Below are positions 44,817 through 55,396 of a DNA stretch of 64,000 nt, in pieces. The position numbers and the translations under genes were made by a program. This DNA comes from an uncultured Hormoscilla sp. (GTDB lineage: Bacteria > Cyanobacteriota > Cyanobacteriia > Cyanobacteriales > Desertifilaceae): positions 3,104,001 through 3,168,000 of the forward strand of contig OZ001293.3 in the NCBI GenBank assembly GCA_963921275.4, written 5' to 3'. Within the stretch, counting starts at the first letter, position 1; each line of letters begins with the position of its first letter. Below the pieces are notes generated by a model. It did no database searches and was not told the origin of the DNA. It saw nothing but the letters and a program-made list of their open reading frames with translations.

Positions 44817-45818
44817 TCAATCAATTAGTAAGGCAATTTTACCTGTCATCGTTCCAGATCCTAGCAAGCGATGGGCTGCTGCTGCTTCTGCTAGGGGGAA
44901 AGTTTCACATAGCTGAATCTGCAACTGACCTTCGTCTATAAGACGGGCAGATTGTTGTAGAATCTTTGCTTGGTCTTGCTGCGCTTCCACTAATCCTTCT
45001 ACCATTGGCGTCAGCATCAGTTCTAGACTAATTCTCAGGTTGCGGTTTCTGGCTATTTTCCAATTTGTAGCTGGATCTGGAGAAAGAATTGTGACCAAAT
45101 CGCCATAAATTTTCACCCCTGGGAAGGTTTTGGCGAAGGTTTCTCCTCCTACGGTGTCGAAGGCGATATCTACTCCTTCTCCTGAAGTCAAATCTAGAAC
45201 AGCGGACACGAAGTCGGTCTGTTTGTAAAGTATGGCTTTGTCAGCACCCAGCCGCCGGACAAATTCGGCTTTTGCTTCCGAACCAACTGTGGTATAAACT
45301 TCAGCACCTTGTAATTTAGCCAACTGCACGGCTACGTGACCGACTCCACCGGCACCAGCGTGAATTAAGGCGGTTTGCCCTGCTTGCAGACGCCCCCGAT
45401 CGTACAGTGATTCCCAAGCGGTAATTAAGACTAACGGCACTGCTGCTGCTTGGGCAAAATTGAGAGATGCTGGTTTTTTGGCGACAAACCGTTCGTCTAC
45501 TACGGCAAATTGGGCGTAGTTGCCAGTCTGTGCCCCCAGACCAGCATTGCAGAAATAGACTTCGTCGCCGACTTGGTAATTTTGCACGGCTGCACCCAGG
45601 GCTTCAACGATACCGGCACCGTCGCATCCCAGGACTGCGGGTCCAGCAGCATCGGGATATAAGGTGCCTCTGGTTCGCAGTTTGGTGTCAATGGGGTTGA
45701 CCCCTGCGGCTTTGAGTCGGACTAAGATTTCTCGGTCCTGGGAAATTTCTGGGTCTGGGATGTCCTGAAGTTGGAGAACTTCAGGACCGCCAGGGGCGGT
45801 CATGACTATTGCTTTCAT
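44817..45818 (-). CDS. MDR-family NADPH:quinone reductase / zinc-type alcohol dehydrogenase-like
   Basis: AAGVNPID, LGCDGAG, HAGAGGVG, GKIAL. Confidence 0.92.
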   Translation of the reverse strand: MKAIVMTAPGGPEVLQLQDIPDPEISQDREILVRLKAAGVNPIDTKLRTRGTLYPDAAGPAVLGCDGAGIVEALGAAVQNYQVGDEVYFCNAGLGAQTGNYAQFAVVDERFVAKKPASLNFAQAAAVPLVLITAWESLYDRGRLQAGQTALIHAGAGGVGHVAVQLAKLQGAEVYTTVGSEAKAEFVRRLGADKAILYKQTDFVSAVLDLTSGEGVDIAFDTVGGETFAKTFPGVKIYGDLVTILSPDPATNWKIARNRNLRISLELMLTPMVEGLVEAQQDQAKILQQSARLIDEGQLQIQLCETFPLAEAAAAHRLLGSGTMTGKIALLID

Positions 45819-45819
45819 C

Positions 45820-46557
45820 TTATTGGTGCTTGACTAAAACTCCGGGTTCTCGCTGGATGGGTAATACGTTGAGAATGTCGAGTTGGGCGCAATATTTCAG
45901 GTCTTCGTAGCAGTTGAGACCGATGAGGCGTTTGCCGTGACTGGCTTGTTGCATCAGCTCTAATAATTGCTCTTGCCACTGGCGGTAAAGGGCGATCGCG
46001 GCATGGACTTCATCGTTAACCTCGGATATAGGCGCAGACCAGGTGAGTTCTGCGAGCAGGTTTTGGGCAATCGCGCCAGCACAGACTGTATCTTCCAGGG
46101 AGTAGCTGCCTTGCCAACCGGATCCGACAATCCAGACTGTTTCTGGCTGATGAGTCATGAGATATTGTACCAATGCCTGACGATTAATTAAGGCGGCAGT
46201 TAACACTACTTTCGCCTTTTGGATCCGCTGTAAGGCACGGGTACCGTTGGTAGTGCTGATGAACAAGCGGCGTCCTTGGACCACTGCGGGAGTGCAGTCC
46301 AGAGGCGAGTTACCTAAGTCGCAGTCTTCCACCTTGGCCCCGCCCCGTTCGCCAGCCCGGAGTCGCTTTTCAGGGGGCCATTCGGCGCTGACTTGCATCA
46401 GCAGGTCAATGTCACTGAAGACTTGGACTGCTTCTGCACCGGCGTCCAAGGCCGTTGCCATTGTGGTCGTGGCGCGGAGGACATCGACTGCGATCGCGCA
46501 ATCGGGTACGCTGTCTGTCGGTGTCTGTTCTGGGGTGTGGTAAACGAATAGCTTCAC
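45820..46557 (-). CDS. comB: 2-phosphosulfolactate phosphatase family
   Basis: [32 protein letters not shown]. Confidence 0.92.
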   Translation of the reverse strand: MKLFVYHTPEQTPTDSVPDCAIAVDVLRATTTMATALDAGAEAVQVFSDIDLLMQVSAEWPPEKRLRAGERGGAKVEDCDLGNSPLDCTPAVVQGRRLFISTTNGTRALQRIQKAKVVLTAALINRQALVQYLMTHQPETVWIVGSGWQGSYSLEDTVCAGAIAQNLLAELTWSAPISEVNDEVHAAIALYRQWQEQLLELMQQASHGKRLIGLNCYEDLKYCAQLDILNVLPIQREPGVLVKHQ

Positions 46558-46769
46558 TAGCTGGGGACATTTCCTAACTATCGAGATATTATTTTATGAT
46601 TGAATGTCGCCCAATGGAAGATCGTCATCGGGGTTTTTCTGCGGTAACTGCCTTTTGGGGCCCCGTTACACCGCCGGGGTTCGCTTACCCCGCGTCATAG
46701 CTAAAGTCGGTTGAAAACAGACTAAAAACATTCTGCCAATACCCAAGGCCGTATTTACATGGCTATCCC

Positions 46770-46870
46770 AAAGTAAATGAGGTGAATGTTTCCCTGGATC
46801 TGTATGGCCATCGGGGATGGTCATCTCACCCTGTCAGCGGCGCTAAAACTGGAACCCGAGCCGATTTTTA
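46770..46870 (+). pseudogene. Internally deleted remnant of the PIN toxin/partner pair at 50699-51396
   Basis: aaagtaaatgaggtgaatgtttccct (=51080-51105) joined to tggtcatctcaccctgtcagcggc...ggaacc (=51313-51350). Confidence 0.75.
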
Positions 46871-47058
46871 TGGATTAAATTAGGGGGCGATCGCTCTAAC
46901 ATTATAATCAGATGTAGGTCTGACAATGTTTCCTTTTGCCTTATAGTTAGTATGCCACGTCTGATATCAATTGTACCACATATGATGGACTGGCTTATGT
47001 CTGGGGCGATCGCCCTAAGGCCATTACCACAGACATGTTCTTACCCTCAGCAATCAGT

Positions 47059-47874
47059 CTAGCTTTTCGACTCCTGGTTTAGTGATTCTCCAATTAGCTT
47101 GTGAAGTTCTCTTAGTTGCTCGGAGTCAAAAGATTTAATCAGCTGCTCTCCTGCTTTCTTGGGGTTGTGGCGAGGTATGGATAGCCATAATTCACCATTC
47201 ATTGTAGCAGATTGCGCTTGTTCTAACCAATCTTTTACCACTTTCCGTCCCAGAGCCGCGATCTGGTAATAACCGCGTTTTTTACTCGGTAATGGTTCAA
47301 TCCATCCCAGATCCAGCCACCGTTTCCTCCAGGTATGTGCTGTTCTGATTGAGATTTTCAACTGTTCCCCAATCTTGGCGGCATTAATAGGCTGATTTTC
47401 TGGACAAGATTGAACTAGCTTAGAAAACCTCTGCAAAGATCCCTCTCGACTAGGACCTTCGCCCGTTAGATCTGGGCCAGCACTTGGCTTCGGTGGGTCG
47501 GGCGCAGCCCGGGTATCCTCTACCTCAAACGTCTTGGCATCAACTAATTCCAGTTCCTGAATGATTTGATCGATATCTGACGGAGCGCAACCTAATCCAA
47601 AGGGTGGTTTAGCCTGGCAGAATTCTTCATAACTGCTAAATGCTTTTCCGTCCTTGTTAACAAGTTGGCGATAGCCTGCGTGCTGCTTCATTAAGTCGCG
47701 CCATGCTTTTAACTGTTGAGCATTAAACTTAGCATCATGCCAAAGTGATTGCAGCTCTGACCTGACAGCAATTGCCCAAGGGCGCGTTCCAGAAGGTGCA
47801 TAGAAGTTTCCAGCATTTCCTAAAGTTTCTATGTACCCTTTCAATCTCCCATTGGATAGTTGTTTTGTAGCCAT
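47059..47874 (-). CDS. Hypothetical protein with C-terminal winged-HTH
   Basis: INAAKIGEQLKISIRTAHTWRKRWLDLGWIE; ATG overlaps the end of the helicase frame. Confidence 0.7.
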   Translation of the reverse strand: MATKQLSNGRLKGYIETLGNAGNFYAPSGTRPWAIAVRSELQSLWHDAKFNAQQLKAWRDLMKQHAGYRQLVNKDGKAFSSYEEFCQAKPPFGLGCAPSDIDQIIQELELVDAKTFEVEDTRAAPDPPKPSAGPDLTGEGPSREGSLQRFSKLVQSCPENQPINAAKIGEQLKISIRTAHTWRKRWLDLGWIEPLPSKKRGYYQIAALGRKVVKDWLEQAQSATMNGELWLSIPRHNPKKAGEQLIKSFDSEQLRELHKLIGESLNQESKS

Positions 47875-49730
47875 GCCCACACCTTCCTCAATTCCTCTAG
47901 TGTCATACTTTTTCTGGACTTTTTAAATTTTATCACAATCTCCGAGTTTAAGGTTCCATGTTCTCGGTTATTTTTCCATTCATAGCTACGAACATATTTT
48001 CGATCCCATCCCGCATTCTCTTCTCTTCTTCTCGGGGAGTCAAAGTTTCTTTTCCTCCCAACCCTCGATCGTAGTTTTCTTTTCCGGTTTTCCGACTGTT
48101 CAACAAATCATAAAACTGTTTCATTTTCATGGTGCTAATTCCCGAAATATCACTTTCTTGCATAGCCCATTGGATTTCTTCCGTTTCAAGATAGTCAACT
48201 CTTTCTCCACTACTTAAATCCAAGGCTCTCGCTCTTGTCAAGTCAGATGTTAGTGGGAGAATAGCATTATCTCTTGGCCGATCTGGATCCTCATCTTGGC
48301 GATCATTACCTTGACCGGTTTCTCGCGGCTTTTGTTCTCTTTCCTTGAGAATTGGCTCTTGTTCTGCAAGTATCTTTTCGATACAGTTCTGAGCCCTTCA
48401 TAAGCCATTTGTACCGTTACCAAAACATCAATGGCATCCCTTTTCTGAACGCGGTGTTTCTTGAATCTTTTAATGGCTGTTTGAGCTTCTTTTGATTCAT
48501 CGCTCGTCGCTTTTAATGCTTTTATTTCTAAGTTCTTAAGCCACTTAACATATTCCGTAGCTTTGGGAATTGATGGTGCGATTACCAGGAGTTTAGAGCG
48601 TGAGTTAATAGCTTTATATTCTTGCCAATGTTTGACTGACTTTGTCAAAAGGTCATAAGCATATTCCGTATTAAGGATTGTCCAAATTGCTGCGTTTGTA
48701 TCTCCTCCTGCTTCGGCAATACTTTCTGCGGCACAAACCTGTCCTTTTCTATCTACCCACTCAGCTTCCCCATCTTGAAGTTCAAAATGAAGGGGAACGA
48801 TCGCCCCCTCTCTGAGGGCATCCTCTCGCGTGTAACGAATGACCCTTGCATCTTGACTGTTAGACAGATCGGGAGTCAGGCGATCGCCATTAATTGATTT
48901 ATAGGGCATAAAGGCAATTGGTTTGCCATCTCCCCGCTTATGAGTGCCAGTGACTAGAACTACCAAAACCGCGCTATCAACTAATGGTTGTAATGCTTGA
49001 TGCCACGGGCTACCTTCCTCAACATGATGGAACTCATCCAGCACTAAAATATAACGCTTACGCTGTAGCTCTTGAGCATGAAGGTCTCGAGCGGAAAAAA
49101 TGGCTTGGTAGGTGGCTACATAGCCAGAAGTTCCTTTACATGGGTTAGGTTCATTATTATTTCCCCGAATTCTGTGCTGATGATTGAGCTGTTCTTTGAA
49201 ATACGAATCTTCAAAGTTGCGTTCCGCTTGAGCTTGCAAATTTAGTCTGGGAACCACCCAACATATGGCATCGGCAATAGTACCGTCGAACCTACCCCCA
49301 GAGGCTCGGTTGGGAATCAACTGTGCAGCAGCAATGACGGGAATTAAACTCTTACCGCCTCCGGGAGTAACCAGCATGATAATTTCCCCGATCTGCTTAT
49401 CTCTCTTTAAAAGTTCACATATTCCTAGAAACTCCTGTTGGTGCTTCCTCAGTTTAATCGGCTCTGTGGGCGATTCAAATAGATTGAGTTGTTTGTAGTC
49501 TTCACTCTTCATGTTCTTGTTTTCCTCAGCTGTTTTTTTCCTATGACATTTATGACATAAAGCTTGCATTTCCTGGACATTGGTTCTGCGAGTTTCTGCC
49601 CACCGTTCGATGTGGTCTGCGTGCCAGTCTGGAGGCAGGTCGCACCCGCAAAGTTGGCATTTGCCGTCGGCGGCATACCAGAGGCAGATCTTAGGCGTTT
49701 CGAGCGAAGGTAACGGTTCTGATGGGACAT
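47841..49730 (-). pseudogene. HNH endonuclease - SF2 (ResIII-like) helicase fusion, frameshifted and internally deleted
   Basis: CQLC...ADHI...N...LCHKCH HNH; LRKHQ, TPGGGKS, DEFHH, TGT, AYEGL; motif VI lost; tail KSRKSMTLEELRKVWAWL ends at 47841. Confidence 0.8.
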
Positions 49731-50079
49731 CCTACATCCTACTCAGCGATGAGATCGGGGAAGTTAGCAGATATATCTACTTTAGCATAAGTTGATTTTT
49801 TGAGCAACTGCTCGATCGGGATCGAACGGCCTAGGCCCATCACAGGGAACGATACTATGCATAATTGTACTCCACTGAGGTACTCAACCCAGCCAAACTC
49901 GCTGGAAACAGTGACCATTGACCGGCGAGCGGTCACTTCTGACCGGTGACCAGTGATATCTAGTCCGGCAGCGAAGCCTGTCAGTATTAGGGAGTTGGGT
50001 AGATCGGGAAGAGAGGCGATCGGGTGGCGCGATTTCATATTGATTTAACATTGCTACCTGTCATCTAATCTATCACGAT

Positions 50080-50425
50080 CAAATATCTGGCTCATTACAG
50101 TTTCCCCGCTTTCCATTCAGATGACAAGCGATCGCACTCTGAGTAATATTTTACTATATCCGCTTCGATCCGATCTTTGTTAGCATGATAATAAGCCAAA
50201 GCTGCATAAACCTGTGCTAAAGTCAAATGTGGAAATTACTCGACAATTTTTTCTGGACTCATCCCCGCCCTATAGTCTACGATCAATGTAGGGACAGACA
50301 TTCTGGTTCCGGCAATTCTCATTTGGTTTCCGAGATTGCCCTAGGGTGGGCATCTCTGGAAACGACCCACAGGTTCCAGGAGTAGAGACAATCATTGTCC
50401 CAATGTTGATGATAGTTGTCATCTT
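50080..50425 (-). pseudogene. Degenerate duplicate of the DUF433 gene (51932-52222)
   Basis: High DNA similarity; interrupted by a tttccgag...ggaaacga palindromic insert. Confidence 0.8.
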
Positions 50426-50698
50426 TACCTCGGTTTATTTACCTGATAATATGATAGCATGAAATATCGGAGTTTTATGATTATAGAAAAAGGGGCGATC
50501 GCACTGGAGGAATATCCTTACAGATCGCCTGGTAAGTAGGGTAGTGGCAAAAAAAGAGTCACAAATATTAAAATCAATCCTATCGTTTCCGAGAGTGCCC
50601 ACCCATGTCGTGCGCGGGTGCGACACGACAGGGTGGGCATCTCTGGAAACGACCCTCCAATTGCTAATGCCCTATTTTAAAACTGGAGTTAAGGTGAA

Positions 50699-51148
50699 AT
50701 GAAACTAAAAGTTTATCTGGATACATCGGTATTCAGTGCTTATTACGATGATAATGTCAAGGAGCGTCAAACACAAACCCATGAGTTTTGGTCTCGTCTA
50801 TCTGAATTTGATGTAGCCACTTCTGAATTAGCTCGCCAAGAGCTCAGTCGGACAAGCGATCTGGAGCTACGGCAGAAATTGCTCAATTTACTGGAGGGCG
50901 TCACCATCTACCCGATTACGCCGGAGATAATCGCTTTGGCGAATAAATATATTGAGGCGGGAGTTTTCACCGGAACAATGTTCAATGATGCTGCTCATAT
51001 TGCGGCTGCGGTGTTGAACAACCATGATTTTGTGCTAGCTTGGAATTTCAAGCACTTAGTCAACTTACGTCGCAAGGCAAAAGTAAATGAGGTGAATGTT
51101 TCCCTTAGTTTGCGGACGATTGAGATTATAGCACCCCCAGAAATATAG
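50699..51148 (+). CDS. PIN-domain (VapC-like) toxin
   Basis: VYLDTSV, EL, DAAHIAAA, WNFKHLVN. Confidence 0.88.
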   Translation: MKLKVYLDTSVFSAYYDDNVKERQTQTHEFWSRLSEFDVATSELARQELSRTSDLELRQKLLNLLEGVTIYPITPEIIALANKYIEAGVFTGTMFNDAAHIAAAVLNNHDFVLAWNFKHLVNLRRKAKVNEVNVSLSLRTIEIIAPPEI

Positions 51149-51159
51149 AGGAGGTATAA

Positions 51160-51396
51160 ATGCGTTATTTTGACTATGAGAAGGTCGCTGAAGAAGCGAA
51201 ACTTAGTCCGGAACAGTTGGCGTTATTGTCTGAAATCGCCCGCAAGGACTTTCCTACAGACGACATGCTGTATGAACTTTATTTACTGCGGATGTGTATG
51301 GCGATCGCTTCTGGTCATCTCACCCTGTCAGCGGCACTAAAACCGGAACCAGAGCCAATTTCATTTGCCCAGATGATGACAGCGCTGAAAGGGTAA
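51160..51396 (+). CDS. Small partner protein, probable antitoxin
   Basis: GGAGG RBS, 78 aa, immediately downstream of the PIN gene. Confidence 0.6.
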   Translation: MRYFDYEKVAEEAKLSPEQLALLSEIARKDFPTDDMLYELYLLRMCMAIASGHLTLSAALKPEPEPISFAQMMTALKG

Positions 51397-51579
51397 GTCG
51401 CGAGAAGAGGTTTGGGGCGATCGCGCCCAGAAGCAATTAGTTCCGCTTTGGGACAGAGTTCGCGTACTGGCGAGGTAATTTTGAGGGATTAATTCAAGGG
51501 CGATCGTGTTTTTATGGGATTCTGGAGGGGCGATCGCCTTCCTCAGAATCAAAGTAGTAAGGCACCATCCAATCTAGAT

Positions 51580-51932
51580 TTACTCATCTCTAATGTAAGC
51601 ACTGAGAAACACAAGTTTATTTCTCATGTCCTCTGCTGACTGTTCGGCCATCAATCTTAGAAGTCCCCGCAATTGTTGTCCTATGGAGTAACTCTGCTTT
51701 GATGCTAGAATAATGCCTGCATGTTCTCTCCCTTGTTCCAGATACATTTTGTGCAGACGACAAAAATCTCCCATATAAAAGCTATAGATGACGCGAGCAG
51801 TTGCCCAGATTAACTGCTCTTCGTCATCAGACCGAAGTCTGTTTGCATCGCATCTACAGCAGAGTTTTGTAAGGCTTCTATCAATGAACGGTTGCCAGCA
51901 TCTTCATCAAAATATAAACAAATCTGGCTCAT
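51580..51932 (-). pseudogene. DUF5615 PIN-like toxin, frameshifted
   Basis: MSQICLYFDED..., SDDEEQL, GDFCRLH, HAGII. Confidence 0.75.
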
Positions 51933-52222
51933 TACAGTTTCCCCGCTTTCCATTCAGATGACAAACGAGCGCACTCAGCGTAATATTCTGCTATATCCGC
52001 TTCGATCCGATCTTTGTTAGCATGATAGTAAGCTAAGGCTGCATAAACCTGTGCTAAGGTCAAGTGTGGAAATTCGGAGACAATTTCTTTTGGACTCATC
52101 CCTGCCTTATAGTCTATGGCGATGTTTTGGACGGACATCCTGGTTCCGGCAATTCTCGGACGCCCTCCACAGGTTCCGGGAGTAGAGACAATCATTGTCC
52201 CAATGTCAATAGTAGTTGTCAT
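51932..52222 (-). CDS. DUF433 antitoxin
   Basis: CGGRPRIAGTR, FPHLTLAQVYAALAYY. Confidence 0.9.
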   Translation of the reverse strand: MTTTIDIGTMIVSTPGTCGGRPRIAGTRMSVQNIAIDYKAGMSPKEIVSEFPHLTLAQVYAALAYYHANKDRIEADIAEYYAECARLSSEWKAGKL

Positions 52223-52424
52223 CTTTACCTCTGTTGAGTTACCCGCTCCTATGATAGCATGAAAGCGATGGGGTTTGTCTGGGATTCGGGAACGAGATGC
52301 GATCGCCCTCATGGTGAAACCCGATTTTGCCAAAAAACCGGGTTTCTTAATTAAAAGCTGCTATCCTAAACTGTAAACTTAGGTAAAGTTTGATTGTTTC
52401 AGCTGCTCTGACGTAGGATAAGGT

Positions 52425-53708
52425 ATGGTAACTGCTTGGATAGTCACAGCGGCGTGGGGACTCGGTTCCGTTCTCTGGGTAGAACTAGTCCGAGATCTGT
52501 GCCACGTCCTCTCCCATTCTTGGCAACCCCTCTATCGGTTGCATGTTTGGCATCATCGCGTCTTCCGTCCGGATCTAACTCCTGTTAGTGATATCATCTA
52601 TCGACAAGCTAACTGGTTCCACGATCTGCCAGAATCTTTGGTGATGCTGCTCTTTGGTCTGCTATTATGGTGTTTAGCCTATATTTGCACTCCCGGACAG
52701 CATCTGACCGCGATCGCGGGTTCGGTCTATAGTTTGAGCTTCGTGATGGGCGCGATCGCCCGTGGGACTGGGTTCCCTAGGGCGGATGAAATCACGGACA
52801 GCACTCATCGATCGGGACCTTTTCTCTCCCCACCTTCCCCTTGGTTGGTAAATCGACCTTACCACTGGCGGCATCACTTCGACAACCAAAATGCTTACTT
52901 TTGCGGTGTTTTTACTTTCTTAGATCGACTTATGGGTACAGCACTTTCCATCAAAGGCAAAACTATTGCTGTTACGGGCGCTTCTGGAACTCTGGGCCGA
53001 TCGCTTCTCCTGCATCTGCACCAAGCGGGTGCTAAAGTTATCGCCCTCTCTTCCCAAAATCAGCCCGTTACTTTAACTGTAGATGGTGACAGTTTTCCTG
53101 TGGATACCATAACTTGGCAAATTGGTCAAGAATCTGATTTGGCTTCGGTGTTAGAAAAGGTAGATATTCTGATTCTCAATCACGGGATTAATGTCCACGG
53201 ACAGAGGACTAAAGAGGCGATCGGCCTATCCTACGAAGTCAATACTTTTTCCAGTTGGCGACTGATGGAACTGTTCTTCACCACCGTCCGCAGTAACCAA
53301 GATATAGCACGTAAGGAAGTTTGGGTCAATACCTCCGAAGCAGAAGTTGGTCTCGCTTTCAGTCCCCTCTATGAACTGACTAAACGGGCGATCGGGGACT
53401 TAGTCACCCTGCGGCGTCAGGATGCACCCTGTGTAGTGCGGAAACTAATTTTAGGACCATTTAAGAGTAACCTGAATCCTATTGGGGTAATGTCACCTGA
53501 CTGGGTAGCCAAGCAAATTGTCAAATCTGCTAAAGCAGATATGCGCAATATCATTGTTACCATCAATCCTTTCACATTGGTAGCATTTCCGATCAAAGAA
53601 TTCTGGGTTGGTCTCTACTTTAAGTTGTTTAGTCGTCAGGCGGCTGATTTGAATGTAGTTACCACTACCATGCCCTCATCGGAACCCTCACCTAAAGGGT
53701 GGGGCTAA
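52425..53708 (+). CDS. mgdE: Monoglucosyldiacylglycerol epimerase (fatty acid hydroxylase-like + SDR)
   Basis: His boxes HVWHH, HWRHH; TGASGTLG; NTSEAE; YELTK. Confidence 0.82.
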   Translation: MVTAWIVTAAWGLGSVLWVELVRDLCHVLSHSWQPLYRLHVWHHRVFRPDLTPVSDIIYRQANWFHDLPESLVMLLFGLLLWCLAYICTPGQHLTAIAGSVYSLSFVMGAIARGTGFPRADEITDSTHRSGPFLSPPSPWLVNRPYHWRHHFDNQNAYFCGVFTFLDRLMGTALSIKGKTIAVTGASGTLGRSLLLHLHQAGAKVIALSSQNQPVTLTVDGDSFPVDTITWQIGQESDLASVLEKVDILILNHGINVHGQRTKEAIGLSYEVNTFSSWRLMELFFTTVRSNQDIARKEVWVNTSEAEVGLAFSPLYELTKRAIGDLVTLRRQDAPCVVRKLILGPFKSNLNPIGVMSPDWVAKQIVKSAKADMRNIIVTINPFTLVAFPIKEFWVGLYFKLFSRQAADLNVVTTTMPSSEPSPKGWG

Positions 53709-53710
53709 AC

Positions 53711-53739
53711 GAATAAAGCCCGCCTGCGCGGGCTTTATT
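53711..53739. terminator. Hairpin AATAAAGCCCGC-ctgc-GCGGGCTTTATT (REP-like/terminator)
   Basis: Inverted repeat immediately after the mgdE stop. Confidence 0.6.
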
Positions 53740-53855
53740 ACTTGCATCATCAATGCACTCTCTCGCCATCATAATCTAGTGCAGCATGACAGAAATAAAT
53801 ATTATGCCAACTCGATCTAGGTTGTACATCCGACTCTTTGACTGCTATCAAGGCA

Positions 53856-54781
53856 GTGCGATTCGTTCCGGCATAAGCCAGTAGGTGAAAGTCGGGTCTG
53901 GCTCTATCAGCCAGATAACTCTGGTTATCATGGGGGTTAAATTCCCTTTCCCCAGGTACGGGGGTCGAGGGTACTACCGGTCGGAGGTGCTACGGAGCCA
54001 CATCGCCGTGGTGCCTCCCGAGGACTTAAATGTAGGATAACTGGCAGCCTAAGCCGGTGACGCCGCTAGGAAAGATGCTAATGGTTAGAACAAGCGAACC
54101 TATGTAAACCTCGTTAACCAGAACCAGCGGAAGAAGGCTTATGCGCTTGCCCAAAAAGGGAAATGGTAGTTAGTATTAGCTCTTGCCTCTGGCTAATAAC
54201 GTACTCAAAGAACTCCCGGGGTATAGTAGGAACCTAAAAGCATCGTGAAATGATACTAGGGAACGAAGTAACCTCTCGTGAGCTGTCCCCATTTGGACAA
54301 GTTAGATGTAAAGCGCAAGCCACGAAGAAGAAGGATGTCCTAAGAAGCTAACGCCCAGGGTAATGCCTGTGGATATGCAGACGTAGGACGGATATGGTAA
54401 GACACCCTTGGGAAAAGTAACCTTAATGTCACAGAACTAGGGAGAAATTCCGAAAGTACGAATTTTGGATTCAAATCTTAGCCAGGTAAAGTTCAGAGCC
54501 CTTACGAAAAGCGGAAAGCAGAATGGGGAAGATGTTAGTAAAGAGCGGCGAGTATGGTTTGCTGAACTATCCTCCGCGAACCTTCCGCAGCTCAGTACTT
54601 AAACGGTCCAATAGGATTGACCATAAGGGGTAAAATTTCAAAGGGTAAGGGACAACGGGGGTAACCCCCAGTAATCCTACTGATGACAACAGCTTACCAA
54701 CCAGTAGCCGTGTGCGGTTCCAGTCGCTCTTCAGGTTTCGCTCTTGGAGGGTTGGGGAGTGATTCCCAGCTCGACCCCGAC
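53856..54781 (+). mobile_element. ORF-less group IIB intron with degenerate domain V
   Basis: Starts GTGCGATTCGTT; DV-like AGCCGTGTGCGG at ~54706; DVI GGAGGGTTGGGGAGTGATTCCCAGCTCGACCCCGAC end; no RT ORF. Confidence 0.8.
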
Positions 54782-55396
54782 CAAGAGCTTCAACCCGATC
54801 GAGAATAGCAGCATAATCCAAAGGGTCGAAATTAGTTAGTCTCTGGGCCCACTCGCGACCGGGATGCAGTAAATCCCAAACTGAACGTTTCTGCTGGTAT
54901 CTTCCCCGACCCGGGTCGTGATTACCAAACCCGTCGATGATTTGATTCCACACAGGTTGGAAATGCCGAATCATCACCCCCTCTCCCCAAGATCCTAAAT
55001 CAACTTCCATCGCTACTACTTTAAACTCAAACTCACTAACTGAAAGACCATCGCCTTTTTCAATCGATCTTTTGTGTTCTCTCAATCTATTATAGAGATT
55101 TGATGTTCTTCTTTCAGTACTCCCCGTTCGGCGACCACCTGCTATTGCCTTACCCACATAGATGGGCAAGCAGCAGCGATCGGAGTTCGCTCTGCTGATA
55201 CAAGCGTAAAGTGGATTAGCACCGCGATAGTAAAGAGCATAAACTCCCACATATTGACTGAGTTCTGTCTTTAAATCCTCCATTTCCGTTAGAGAGTAGC
55301 AATCTTGTCGATCGCGCAGCGCGCGCGCCGAAGGCGATCGGAAAACTCCAGTAGATCGTCAGCGAGGGTCTTCGGGACTTGAAATATCTCTAGCAT
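54782..55396 (-). pseudogene. Eco29kI-like GIY-YIG restriction endonuclease, frameshifted
   Basis: GVYALYY, PIYVGKA, RLREH..SI, PVWN..IDGFGNHDPG.GR, WDLLHPGR.WA; ATG 55396; 26-bp insert at ~55310-55335. Confidence 0.85.

Noticed and set aside
48250..48392. IS insertion in the helicase
   Set aside because: Another frame reads through as native protein (CIEKILAEQEP...); it is a deletion/frameshift
54567..54781. Extended C-terminal domain of the GIY-YIG enzyme
   Set aside because: Antisense read-through into the intron
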